Source: Torpedo marmorata (lineage: Eukaryota). Taken from it: DNA of 64,000 nucleotides. Made by a program: the position numbers and the translations under genes. Below are positions 49,016 to 61,229 of the stretch, one piece after another (the first letter of the stretch is position 1; the number at the start of each line of letters is the position of its first letter). The DNA is taken from assembly GCA_977017645.1 (NCBI GenBank), contig OZ360231.1, forward strand, positions 36,580,001 to 36,644,000. The letters are read 5' to 3'. The notes beneath the pieces are model-generated. The model had not been told where the DNA came from and searched no databases. It saw only the letters and a list, made by a program, of their open reading frames with translations.

Positions 49016-50168
49016 GGGGTGTGTTACAAATTCAAACCAGCAACGACAGAAGACGCAATGCAAAAGGGGTAAAATTGAAATGACTATTTATTAAACACAA
49101 TTAAACATATAATTTCACAACAATTAACCCCACTATAAACGTCTATAAACACTATTCTTATCTAAAAGGTGTGTGTGTGTAAAGCCCAGACCATTACAGT
49201 CTGTGCCCAACCCTTATGTAAAAATGGAAAAACTTTCCCCAAAAACCCCAGGTCAGTCATAAAAAACAAGTCAGTAAAAAAAAAAGGATAATACAGTCTA
49301 CAAAATTCACTCTCAAAATTCAGGCTTCAAATTCAGCTCTGTGTCTGGTAGAAGTACTTCTGAATGAACGTTGGAGAGAGACAATGACTGTTTATGCTTA
49401 CAAATACTTGTTTTCTTCTCTGATGACGTCCCCTTCTGGTATGTTCATAAGGATTGCAAGTTCAGATCAGTATACCACTGATTTAGGCGTATGCTTGAAT
49501 CTCACAGCTAGTCTCACTGATCTCACGCCTGTTCTCCACAGAAGTTGCTTTTTCTCAGAATTTCTCTGAGACAGGAGGCCATGTGCTATTCTGCCAGTCT
49601 TTTCTCTCTGGCTGTGCACTCTAGCCTTTGCAACTTACAACTGTCTGCTTTTCCTGCAGAAATCTGCACCTGCTTTTTGCAAAAGTGAAACAAATGTATC
49701 TTGTCCACAGTCTCTCTCTCTCTCTGGTCTCTCTCTGTCTGGGTACACCAAAAGTGCAACAATGTATCTTTGTCCACAGCTTGTCTCTCTCTCTCTGTCT
49801 GGGTACACCAAGACCTGGGGAAGTTAACTTTTTCAGTACCTGGCCCCAGTGTGTACTCCAAAAGACTTCATCCTTCCTGCTGACCGTCCGCAGTCCAAAT
49901 GGTCAGTCATGGTCCATAACAGGTGGCATGGTTGGTGTAGCGGTTAGTGCAATGCCTTTTCAGCGCCAGTGATCGGGACCGGGGTTCGAATCCCGCGCTG
50001 TCTGTAAGGAGTTTGTACGTTCTCCCCGTGTCTGCATGGGTTTTCACCGGGGTCTCTGGTTTCCTCCCACCGTTCTAAACGTACCGGGGGTGTAGGTTAA
50101 TTGGGTGTAAATTGGGCTCGTGGGCCGAAATGGCCTGTTACCGTGCTGTATGTCTAAATTTAAATTTA
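49016..50168 (+). mobile_element. V-SINE with a solo LTR inserted at nucleotides +3 to +6
   Basis: GGGGTG | LTR | GGTGGCATGGTTGGTGTAGCGGTTAG..GGTTCGAATCC..TAAATTTAAATTTAA. Confidence 0.88.
49022..49921 (-). mobile_element. Solo LTR of the Gmr1-like family with 4-bp TSD GGTG
   Basis: Reverse complement of 13781-14677 with TG..CA termini; GGTG at 49018-49021 and 49922-49925. Confidence 0.92.
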
Positions 50169-50660
50169 AGAGTAGCCTGATGTACGTGTTGCTGTAGTCT
50201 AGGTGATCCAGAGCTGAGTGGAGAGACAGTAATATTGCATCTGCTGTGGAGTGATTGTGACGGTAGGTAAATTGCAGTCGGTCCAGATCTTTACTTAGAT
50301 GCGAGTTAATTCTGGCCATGACCAACCTCTCAAAGCATTTACTCACAGTAGATGTGAGTGCTCCTGGGCGATAGTCATTGAGGCAGTTCACCCTGCTCTT
50401 CTTGAGCACCAGGATGATTGATGCCCCTTTGAAGCAAGTGGGAACCTCCGACTGCAGCAATGAGACATTGAAAATGTCCGTGAACACTCCGGCTAGCTGG
50501 TTGGCACAGATTTTAAGTTCCCTGCCAGGTACGCCATCAGGGCCTGACGCCTTGCGAGGGTTCACCCTCTTGAAGGATGTTCTGTCATTGGCCTCAGAGA
50601 CAGATATCACAGGGTCATCAGCTTTTGCAAGGATTCTCATAGGTATCATTGAGTTCTCCT

Positions 50661-52243
50661 TAGAACCATAGAACCATAGAAAAATGCAGCACAGAAAACA
50701 GGCCATTCGGCCCTTCTAGTCTGTGCTAAAAACATCATACCGCTAGTCCCACTGACATGCACCTATTCCATAACCCTCTAGACCTCTCCAATCCATGTAT
50801 CTATCCAGATGGCAACTCGTTCCATACTACCACCACTCTCTGAGTGAAAAAGTTCCCTCTAATGTTCCCCCTAACCCTTTCCCCTTTCACCCTAAAGCCA
50901 TGTCCTCTTGTATTTATCTCTCCTAATCTAAATGGAAAGAGCCTACTCACATTTACGCTGTCTGTACCTCTCATAATTTTGTAAACCTCTATCAAATCTC
51001 CCCTCATTCTTCTACGCTCCAAGGAATAAAGTCCTAACCTGTTTAATCTTTCCCTGTAACTCAACTCCTGAAGACCTGGCAACATCCTAGTAAATCTTCT
51101 CTGCACTCTTTCAATCTTACTGATATCCTTCCAGTAGTTAGGCGACCAGAACTGTACACAATACTCCAAATTTGACCTCACCAATGTCTTATACAACCTC
51201 ACCATAACATCCCAACTCCTGTACTCAATACTTTGATTTATGAAGGCCAAGATGCCAAAAGCTTTCTTCACAACCATGTCTACCTGTGACGCCACTTTCA
51301 GGGAATTATGTATCTGAATTCCCAGATCCCTTTGTTCCTCCGCACTCCTCAGTGCCCTACCGTTTACTGTGTATGTCCTACCTTGGTTTGTCCTTCCAAA
51401 ATACAACACCTCACACTCTTCTGCATTCAATTCCATCTGCCACTTTCTGGCCCATTTTTCCAGTTGGTCCAGATCCCTCTGCAAGCTTTGAAAACCTTCC
51501 TCGCTGTCCACAACGCCTCCAATCTTAGTGTCATCAGCAAACTTGCTGATCCAATTTACTACATTATCATCCTGATCATTGATATAGACAACAAACAACA
51601 ATGGTCTCAGCACCAATCCCTGAGGCACACCACTAGTCATAGGCCTCCAGTCTGAGAAGCAATCATCCATTACCACTCTCTGTCTTCTCCCATTCAGCCA
51701 ATTTCGAATCCAGTTTACAACCTCTCCATGGATACCTAGTGTCTGAACCTTCTGAGCTAGCCTCCTGTGTGGGACCTTGTCAAAGGCTTTATTAAGGTCC
51801 ACGTTGGCAACATCCACAGCCTTTCCTTCATCTACTTTCTTGGTAACCTCCTCAAAAATTCTATAAGATTCGTTAAACACGACCTACCATGCACAAAGCC
51901 ATGCTGACTATCCTTAATCAGCCCTTGGCTGTCCAAATATTTGTATACCCAATCTCTCAGAATACCCTCCAATAATTTACCCACTACTGACGTCAGGCTC
52001 ATCGGCCTGTAATTTCCTGGTTTACTTTGGAGCCTTTTTTAAACAACGGAACAACATGAGCTACCCTCCAATCCTTCGGCTCCTCACCTGAGGATAAGCA
52101 TGTTTTAACTATTTCTGCCAGGGCCCCTGCAATCTCTACACTCATCTCCCTCAAGGTCCGAGGGAATATCATGTCAGGCCCGGGGTATTTATCCACCTTT
52201 ATTTGCTGTAAGACAGCAAGCACCTCCTCCTCTTTAATCTCAA
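50661..52243 (-). mobile_element. CR1 3' part (RT), internally deleted near the 3' end
   Basis: KAFDKVPH, GVPQG, KFADDTKIGG, EYCVQFWSP; AGAACCAT repeat tail. Confidence 0.9.
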
Positions 52244-52672
52244 ACCTCCTACCCCGTACGTTTTTGGAGGGTGGGAGGAAACCGGAGCACCCGGGGAAAA
52301 TCCACACAAGTCACTGGGAGCACTTACAAACCCCTGACAGAGAGCACCAGGTTCAGGACACTGGCACTGTAATTGATAGGCCTATCAATGATACTCGTGA
52401 GACAGTGAGTAGAACACGAACAGTAGGCTTTTATTCACTATAAAAGGAAGCTACAGTTGACCTGCTGATCTATCCCGGACTAAGGGCGGAGCAGTGGCAC
52501 AAGGGCCTTTATTCGGGGGAGGAAGGGGGAGGAGCCACCGGGACAGCCAGGAAGGGGGGGGGGGAGCCACCGGGACAGACAGCAGGACATGCCCATACTT
52601 ATCCCCAGCCCACAATACATGTAACAGTGGTTTACCACACACTGTAATAGCATTGCGCTAACCGTGCCGCAT
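52244..52672 (-). mobile_element. Partial V-SINE interrupted by a solo LTR
   Basis: GCGGCACGGTTAGCGCAATGCT head and V core (CCCGGTGCTCCGGTTTCCTCCCACC). Confidence 0.75.
52374..52639 (-). mobile_element. Solo LTR of the Mag-like Gypsy family
   Basis: Minus strand reads TGTGGTAAACCAC...AATAAAAGCCT...ATTGATAGGCCTATCA; flanked by CACTGTAAT on both sides. Confidence 0.9.
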
Positions 52673-54029
52673 ACGTTCCGCATATGTTCAGATACAATGT
52701 GAAACCAAGACTCACCTGCTCTCCCAGACAACAGACCCTGTGGCGCTGGTTTGAAGATGACCACAGACAAAATACCTGCTGCCCTTGCTAATATCCCTCA
52801 ATCATTATCACCATAAAAAAGGTTTAGAGGGATAAAGGGCTGAATGCAGGAAAATAAGACCAGCTTGGTCAGCATGGACAAGTTGGGCCAAAGGGCCTGC
52901 TTCCATACTATAGAACTCTGCAAGTCTTTCTTGTTTTTTTTTTATTGAAGAATAAAAAAATGGGAGTAAACAGAGAGTGATCAACAATCCAAACAATCCA
53001 TGTTATAGAACACAATCCTTAATAAATATGTAATGATGATATTAAGTCTAAGTGAATACGAAAAGAGGAGGCAGAGTTAGGCTCACACATTGTGATACCC
53101 ATGGTGAAGTGGGTTAGCAGCAGCAGCAGTTTAAAAAATACTCAATGAGTTTCCATCAGAAGAGGGGATAATAGGCTCTTATTTGAGAAACATGGAAAGG
53201 ACACAGATGAGAGGTTTAAAAGGAAAGATCAAAATGATCAAAATATCAGTGTGAATTAGTGTACCTTCAAACCATCAGAGAGCTCTCCGAATTCAGGAAA
53301 AAAATTGCCATTGTCAATTTATGGATTTTAGATAAATTTTACTTCACCTAAATCTGTAGCCTTAATTGGCTTGAATTATATAGAACTTGCAAAGTATGTA
53401 TAGAATACCAAATGTGTGAAAGAATTAGCTGCAGCAAATAATCTAATAATAATCTGTTAGATTAGATTTATTTAATAATCTACTTAACACATCAAATCAA
53501 TTTGAAGCACTTGTCAACAAGGCTAAATTATGTAGCCAAAACAGTAGAATACAAATTAGAAAAATACATGTTTAAACTGTATAAGAGGCTGGTCAGGTCA
53601 CAACCTTGAATTTGGGGTTCTAGTGGTTTGGTCCAACTGATTATCCCTATATATTGTATCCAGCAGCGCAGGAGAAAGCTATTTTATTTAGTCAATACTA
53701 TCCTTTGAGTAAGTAGTCTAATCTTTACCCACAATCTACCACTATTTTCCTTATACTGTATGGTCAGTTTTGTGATATGAAGCCTAGCTTGATGAGATAC
53801 AAGTTGCAGAGTTCACTCTGCAGTGATGAAGAGCAGCCTGAGGTTTGTGACCTGAGAGGCATAATGTATCCTTGTACATTAGAATTGCCTGGTATTTCGA
53901 GTGACATTTTGCTCAGCCTTTTTTTGATGTGAAGATCAGGCAATGAGAAAATTCTTCGTATTATCAACATTAAAGCACAAAAGTAACTCATCTCTGTTCA
54001 TCTGGTATCTTTAATAAAACTAACAGTGG

Positions 54030-54782
54030 TGTCACAACAACAACAACCTTGCACTCAACGTTAGCAAAACCAACGACATGATTGTGGACTTCAGGAGGAA
54101 ATCAGGAGAACACGATCCAGTCCTCATCGAGGGGTCAGCAGTGGAGAGGGTTAAGAACTTCAAATTGCTGGGTGTCAGCATCTCTGAGGATCTGTCCTGG
54201 GGCCCCCATGTCGATACAATCATGAAGAAGGCTCGCCAACGGATATACTTTGTAAGGAGTATGAGGAGAATCAGTATGTCACTGAAGACTCTCGGAAACT
54301 TCTACAGGTGTACCATGGAGAGCATTCTGGCTAGTTGCATCACTGTCTGGTATGGAAGTGCCAACACTTATGACAAGAAAAAACTCCAGAGGGTTGTTAA
54401 CTCGGCCTGTGACATCACGGGCACCAGTCTTCACTCCATCAAGGACATCTACAAGAGGCGGTGTCTTAAGAAAGCAGCCTCTATCCTCAAGGACTCCCAC
54501 CAGCCAGGCCATGCCCTCTTCACTCTACTACCATCAGGAAAAAGGTGCAGGAGCCTGAAGACGAGCACTCAACGGCACAAGGACAGCTTCTTCCCCTCTG
54601 CCATCAGATTCCTGAATGAACAATGAATCATAGACACTACCTCACTTTGTCTTTTCTTTTTCTTGCACTATTTTTATTTATTGTTGTATGGTGGTTTATA
54701 TAAATGTTTGCACTGTGATGCTGCTGCAAAATAACGAACTTCGTGACATGTTCATGACAATAAATTCTGATTCTGATTCTGA
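54030..54782 (+). mobile_element. Rex1/Babar 3' fragment
   Basis: 182-aa RT C-terminal ORF (54078-54626) and (TTCTGA)n tail. Confidence 0.9.
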
Positions 54783-55324
54783 TATCCTGTATGTGTGAAA
54801 TGTCAAGGGTTTGGTTCAGAGGTTCATGTTCCATAGATGTGCAAGCTTAGATAGTTTCATTGAATCTTGTGGATTTTCCTCATTCAAGGAATGTGATCAT
54901 CTAAATTATCCACACTCTGAAAAAATGTGGCTTTATTTGAGAAATTGTAGGTTCTTCTTTTGTCTCTATCAGTATCATAACATAAAAATGTTTTCTTTGT
55001 TACTGTTAAGCACAGGGCTAGCCTGCTGATTTAGATAATTTAATTTTAGTTTTTTTTTAGTGCCAAAATAATAATTGCTTGTAGAGAATTCACAGGATAA
55101 TTTCTTGCCAAATGAAAACGTGGGCTTGGTCATTAGTGGATTGAGCAGTGGAAAATGCAAGTTCATCACGTTCCTAACCTGCAGTTTGTCAGCAGTTCAT
55201 GTCCCAAGTGGAAGAAATGAATGAGTAAGCAGAAGGATTAATGGAGGTACTGTATTACGATGCATCTAATGAGTAACACAGAAGCCAGTGACAGCAGATG
55301 CTTGAACCTGAAATGAAAGCATAA

Positions 55325-55789
55325 AGTACGGCGACCCCGGTGGAGGACCAGCGAGGGGCTCTGCGACTGACGGACACACACAGGTGCGTGCGTAGCTGTT
55401 GGCGACTTGCGGGTGAGGATCCCACACCAGGCTGCGGGCTGCTGGAGACTGGCTCATGAGAACCAGGTATCAGAACTGGTATTTGAGTGGGTGCTGAGGG
55501 CAAGAAGGGCTCCTGAAAGGCCATGGGCGCTGAAGGCTTCCTCAGCGTGTCAGAGGTTTGGATCAAGGCTTGGGTTGCTGATGGTTTGAACTGAACCAGT
55601 CTTCTGCAGCTGCAGAGGCCAAGGGAGTGCTGGTGCCAAATCCACAGACACTCGGTGACTTGAGGGGACTCACTTTTGCTTCTCTTTCTCTGATTGTAAG
55701 GGGCACCGGGCAATGCTAATGGCGAATCTTGTGTAATATTGCATTTCTGTTTTATTACAAGACAATAAATAGTGTCTGATCTGATCTGA
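55325..55789 (+). mobile_element. Unclassified GC-rich retroposon-like repeat
   Basis: Ends ACAATAAA..(TCTGA)n; its 3' part resembles the split fragment at 37620-37665 and 38060-38118; no ORF recognised. Confidence 0.4.
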
Positions 55790-56546
55790 AATACTCAGCA
55801 AGTCAGGCAGCTTCTGTGGAGAGAGAAAAAAAGAGTTAATGTTTCAGTTCAAAGATGTTATGTCAGTACTGAATTTAAAGAATGTCTGGCAAGTGAGAAA
55901 GACTGTGAACTGCAGAGTTTGTGCAGAGCTCAAGACTAGAGTGGTCAGCCAGCAAGCAAAAAGCTACAACAAGGACATCAGTAACTGCTGGGCTGAGGCA
56001 GGGGTGAAAATGGTTGATATTATGGTCTATTTGGAATCATAAATACGACTCAGGGTCAAAAAGTGAAATGAGGATACATCCTAGCTACCTATGATGCAGA
56101 GACACATGATATTTTATGGACTACAGATCTAATTAATATTATACTAGTAGAGATTTAGCCAATAATTTGTGGAACACGGCAATTTCTTTTCCTATTCATT
56201 CATTACTGGGAAGACCAGCATTGAGTATCCTTACCTAATTGTGGCAACAGAAAGTTACGTGCTGTCTTGGAGCATCATCTACGATAGATAAGGATGGCAA
56301 ATTTCCTTAAGTGAAGTTTGTTAATGAGTCAGATCAATCTTTACAACAAACAGGGCAATACATTCATTCCTAGTTTTATTTCAGTTTTATTGCTACTTTT
56401 TATTAAAAAATCAGACTTACTTAATTTACTTGAACATACCTTTCCCGTTTCTCATGATGGAATTTTAATTATTGTCTCTCAATCAATAGCAAAGGCTTTT
56501 GCTGACTTGTCTAGTAACTCATTGCCATGAATGTTTCCAATAAAAA

Positions 56547-57075
56547 TGTTTTAAGAAAAGATGTGCTGATGTTGGAGAGCGTTCAAAGGAGGCTCACTGG
56601 GATGATTCCGGGAATGAAAGGATTATCATATGAGGAGCATTTGACAGCTCTTGGCCTGTATTTGTTTGAATTTAGGAGAATAAGGGGGGATCACATTGAA
56701 ACATTTCAAATGTTGAAAGGCATGGACAGAGTAGATGTAGAAAGGTTGTTTCCCATGGTGGGAGAGTCTAGAATAGGAGGGCACAACTTCAGGATTGAAC
56801 GGCGTCCGCTTAGAACAGAAATGTGTTGGAATGTCTTCAGCCAGAGGGTAGTAAATCTGTGGATTCTGTTGCCACAGGCGGTTGTGGCAGCCAAGTCATT
56901 GAGTTTATTTAAGATAGAGATTGTTAGGTTCTTGATTAGCCAGGGCATCAAAGGTTATGGGGAAAAGTCCGGGCAGTGGGGCTGAGTGGGAAAATGGATC
57001 AACTCATAATTAAATGGTGGGGAAGACTCAATGGGCTGAATAGCCTACTGTATTTCTGCTCCTATGTCTTATGGT
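56547..57075 (+). mobile_element. CR1 3' fragment
   Basis: LESVQRRLTGMIPGMKGLSYEE..FSQRVVNLW. Confidence 0.85.
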
Positions 57076-57694
57076 ATAAAGCAATAACATGTATTGACCT
57101 CGGAGTGTTTAGATCCTATAGAAACATAGTACTTTCCATTAGGATTTTCTGTATTGTCTCGGTCTTCAGTTCCACCATGGATTGTGATCAAGAGGAATAC
57201 TTAGACCTTCTGCTATAGGTAAGCTTGGGCCAAAGTTACACTGCCAAGTAAATGTTCTCAATGCTTTAGCATAGACTTGGGCTGATTGGTCTATCACTGT
57301 GCTGCATAAAGGAAGGATCATTAATCTGCTGATCTTGCCTAGGTCTAAAGTTACAGTCCCATCACCAGCACATTATACACTTTTACTGAAGAGCAAAACA
57401 AATCACTTCTAATCAGGGGAACCTGTGGTGATTTCTGGATGTTTACTGCATATAGTTTAATTATATAAACACATTAAAGGAGTGTTTGTGGCAGAAGGAA
57501 GCATTTTGTGCTTCTGCAATCCTAATATAGAGCAAAATGATTGTGCATTTGCCACTTACTCAACTGAACAATTAAGTAAAATCACGAAACAAAAACTGCT
57601 TTAAGCATTAACTTTATATTTCAAGTTTTAAACTGTCAAATATGTTTTAATACCTTGCCCCCTACCCATTTATCACAAATAAATATTTGACTTT

Positions 57695-58040
57695 CCAAAG
57701 TGCATCATTTCATACTCGTCCTGATTAAACTCCATCTGCTATTTCTCTGCTCAAATTTCCAAATGACCTATATCCTGCTGCATCTTTTGACGACCTTCCT
57801 TGCTGTCCACAACTCCACCCATTGTCATGTCATCTGTAATCTCTGTTAATCAGACCACCTCCATTTTCATCCAAACATCAGATACCCTAGCACTTATCCT
57901 TGCAGACCACCATAATGCTACAAACCTCCTGGCAACAAACCACCCCTCTACCACTACTTGCTCTCTTCTGAGACCAAGCCAATATTGGATCCAACATGCC
58001 AACCAACAAATTCTGCCCCAACTAAGGACATGGCCCTAGG
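57695..58040 (-). mobile_element. Degraded CR1 RT fragment
   Basis: Similar to CR1 RT at 9420-9800. Confidence 0.55.
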
Positions 58041-59044
58041 GAAGGCCCAGTCAATGTCAGGAGAAGTTGAAGTCACCAACCACAAACTACAATGACTGTT
58101 GTTTATACATCTTGCCATTATCTTCCTGCTTTTTTGTTCCTCTAGCACCCACTAGCTTTTTATTGACTGTGTCTAATCCAGTAAAATGATTGATTTCAGA
58201 GTGATTTTAAATTGTCAGTGTCCTCTGGGCTGTGTTGCATTGCCTTTTTGAATTTTTCTTTCTATTTGCATTTCTTCTTTAAATCCAGTGTTCCGGCTTT
58301 GTTCACCTAGGGAGAACAGAATATTAAATATCAATGCATCCATAGCAACTACAATCATTGCAACAGAAAAAACACCATGCAGTGTGCATTTTTCTACATA
58401 AAGAAACTTCTGGCAAAGCCAAGATTTTCCAGAGCCCATGGCATTTGGAAAAGTGCAATTGATCCTGGAAGACCATGAAGAATGCTTATATTTTGCTCCT
58501 GTGCAATTTCATTGGATCAAAATCCTGGAGTTCCCTATTTAATAGCTCCTTGGAAATATCATTGCCCTAAGGACTGCAATGGTTCAAAGGTGGTTCACCG
58601 CCACCTTTTTGAGAACCATTAGGAAGATAAATGCTGGCCTGGCCAGCAATGTCCTTATCCCATAACTAAATTTTTTAAATGCACTCATAGGTTTAATATG
58701 GTCGGACGACTGCCTGCCAAGGTTCATTCTCTGTAACATGGAGAGATGTGGCAGATAACCAGTCCTTCTCAGGTTAGCTGGAACAATGCCACCAGAACCA
58801 AAGGAGTTTAAGCGAATCTCCTTTCTATAACTGGATGTCAAGGGCACTGAAAGCACAGTTCAGTATTTTGCTCACAGTTGAAACATTTTCTGCACAATAG
58901 CAAGAGTGACACTCAGATACCACATCTACCCAGAAAACTCTTCCACTGAGTCTTTGCCCAAAACTTTATAAACAAAGATTAATCAAATTTTGAAGAAGTA
59001 TTACTTTTCAACTCATCCCAAAATCATCCCTCCTCAATCACATT

Positions 59045-59310
59045 CCTTTCTACATCCTCCTGTCAGGAAGAAATCACGGGTATGAGATCATGCACCACCA
59101 GATTCAAGGACAGTTTCTTTCCTGCTGTTACCAGACTCCTGAACGAACATCACACAAAATAATGTTACCTTTGCTCAGTTCCAACTGATCTCTCTCTGCA
59201 ACTCTGCTGTTTTTATTGCTTTACTCTGTATGGTCTGACTAGCTGGATGGCACACAAAATTAGCTTTCTCACTGTACCTCGGTACATGTGGCAATTAACA
59301 TGAACTTAAA
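59045..59310 (+). mobile_element. Degraded Rex 3' end
   Basis: CACCAGATTCAAGGACAGTTTCTTTCCTGCTG..CTCCTGAA motif. Confidence 0.55.
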
Positions 59311-59401
59311 CTACTGCCTTGACATTCAGCAGTGCAATTATTCAGCAGAACAGTTATGTTTTATATACCAGTAACTTCCTCAATTTTCTAATGCAAGTAA
59401 G

Positions 59402-59668
59402 TGTGGTAAACCACTTTTAGTATGTACCGGTATATAGGTATTGTGGCCTGAGGCGAGTATGACCATGACCTGTCTGTCTGTCCCGGTAACTCCTCCCCCC
59501 TTTCCCTGGAATAAAGGCCTTGAGCCATTGACTCCTCCCTCAGTTCCGGGACAATCCAGCAGGGATCACCAGGTCAAGGTGTAGCTTAGCCCTGGCCTTG
59601 ATTCTGGTATTAAAAGCCTATTAATTCCTGCACTTCTAGACTCGCGTCTGTCATTGATAGGTACATCA
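59402..59668 (+). repeat. 5' LTR of Gypsy B
   Basis: TGTGGTAAACC...GGTACATCA; start defined by the 3' LTR copy, end by comparison with two related LTRs. Confidence 0.9.
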
Positions 59669-59696
59669 ATTTTAATACCAGTTCCAAGAAAATCCG

Positions 59697-61229
59697 ATGG
59701 AGAATTTTCTGAGGCCGGATAAGCTGGATATCGACCCCCTGGCCCAAGACGCTGCCAGTGATTTTGAACTCTGGCTGCGCTGCTTCGTAGCCTTCCTGAG
59801 GTCGACCGGAGCGGCTACCAACGAGCAGAGACTCGACATCCTCATGTCCAGGGTGAGCAAACGAGTGTATGGCGCTGTAAGAGACTGTGATACCTATGAG
59901 GATGCCTTGGAAGCCCTCCGAAGGCTGTACCTGACGCCGGTGAACGAGGTTTTCGCGAGGCACCGGTTATCACAACGGTACCAGCGACCCGGAGAGTCGA
60001 TATCCGAATATATCCAGGACGTGATGCTCCTGGTGCGGGCGTGCGATTGTCGGGCCCTGACGGCCGAGCAACACGCCGAAATACTAGCAAGGGACACTAT
60101 CATTATGGGGATCAGGTCGGGTTACATTCGCCAGCGATTGCTGGAACACGCCGACCTGACCCTGAAATCTACCGTCCGGAATATCCTCACGCTGGAATCG
60201 GCGCTCAAGAATGCTGACGCTATGCAGGCGCAGCCTGCCTCTTGGATCGCCCCAACCGCCAGCCCTGCAAGCAACGCGATGGCCGCTGCCGTCTACCGGG
60301 ACCCGATCGCCGCCGCCGACGCTATCCGTGAGTTGGCCGCTGCCGCCGCTGCCCAAGAGCCTGCCGCCACCCGTGAGTTAACCGCTGCTGCTGTTACCCG
60401 GGAGCCCGAGAAGTGCTACTTCTGCGGGCTCGACAAGCACCCACGCAAGCGCTGCCCGGCCCGAGACGCGACTTGTTCTAGCTGCGGCAAGAAAGGCCAC
60501 TATGCTAAGGCCTGCCGCTCCAAGTCGCGTACGGGTCCGAGCAGCGCCGCGTGCGAAGTAAGGGAGCGGCCATCTTACCTGACGTCATTTCCGGCGGAGA
60601 CCTCGTGCGAGGAATGGAGGCGGCCATCTCGGCGCGCAGCACTTCCGGTTTCGAGCAGCGCCGCGTGCGAAGTGGGGGAGCGGCCATCTTACCTGACGTC
60701 ATTTCCGGCGGAGACCTCGTGCGAGGAATGGAAGCGGCCATCTTGGTCTGCACTTCCGGTCTCTACATTTCCGGCGCGGCCATTTTACAACCTCGCCGCG
60801 GCTCTGCCAGCACTTCCGGCACCGCCATCTTTTAGCGACACGTGTGCGCTACGGGAGCTGCCATCGGATCAAGACGACTCGTCGGATCAAGACTTCGTCC
60901 CGACCCTGGCATCCGTGACGCTGGACCAGAACGCGCCCCATCAACTGTCCAGATCAATGATGGACATACTAGTTGAGGGGCATAAGACCACCTGCCTGTT
61001 CAACACAGGCAGTACCGAAAGTTTTATACACCCAGACACTGCCCAGCGCTGTGGCCTCACCATTGTACCGGTAAGCCAGAGGGTGGCCATGGCGTCTGGA
61101 ATGCACACAACAGACATCCGGGGGGGTTGTGTGGCGAATATAGTGGTACAGGGCACGGAATATCGGGAGTTCTCATTGATGGTCATGCCCCGTTTGTGTG
61201 CTCCTGTATTGCTGGGACTGGACTTCTAA
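59697..61229 (+). pseudogene. Gypsy B gag-protease (510 aa; protease Asp replaced by Asn; premature TAA)
   Basis: Twin knuckle CYFCGLDKHPRKRCPA..CSSCGKKGHYAKAC; CLFNTGS; TAA where element A has CAG; 114-bp tandem duplication at 60538-60765. Confidence 0.9.

Larger units (their letters stand above)
47945..50660 (-). mobile_element. Rex1/Babar fragment interrupted by a SINE containing a solo LTR
   Basis: KASGPDG..DYRP (50044-50706 frame), [16 protein letters not shown] (48479-49063 frame), C-terminus and 3' UTR. Confidence 0.9.

Noticed and set aside
55085-58480. Possible exons after acceptor-like sites at about 55085 and 58311
   Set aside because: No convincing donor or recognisable peptide; the frames close quickly.
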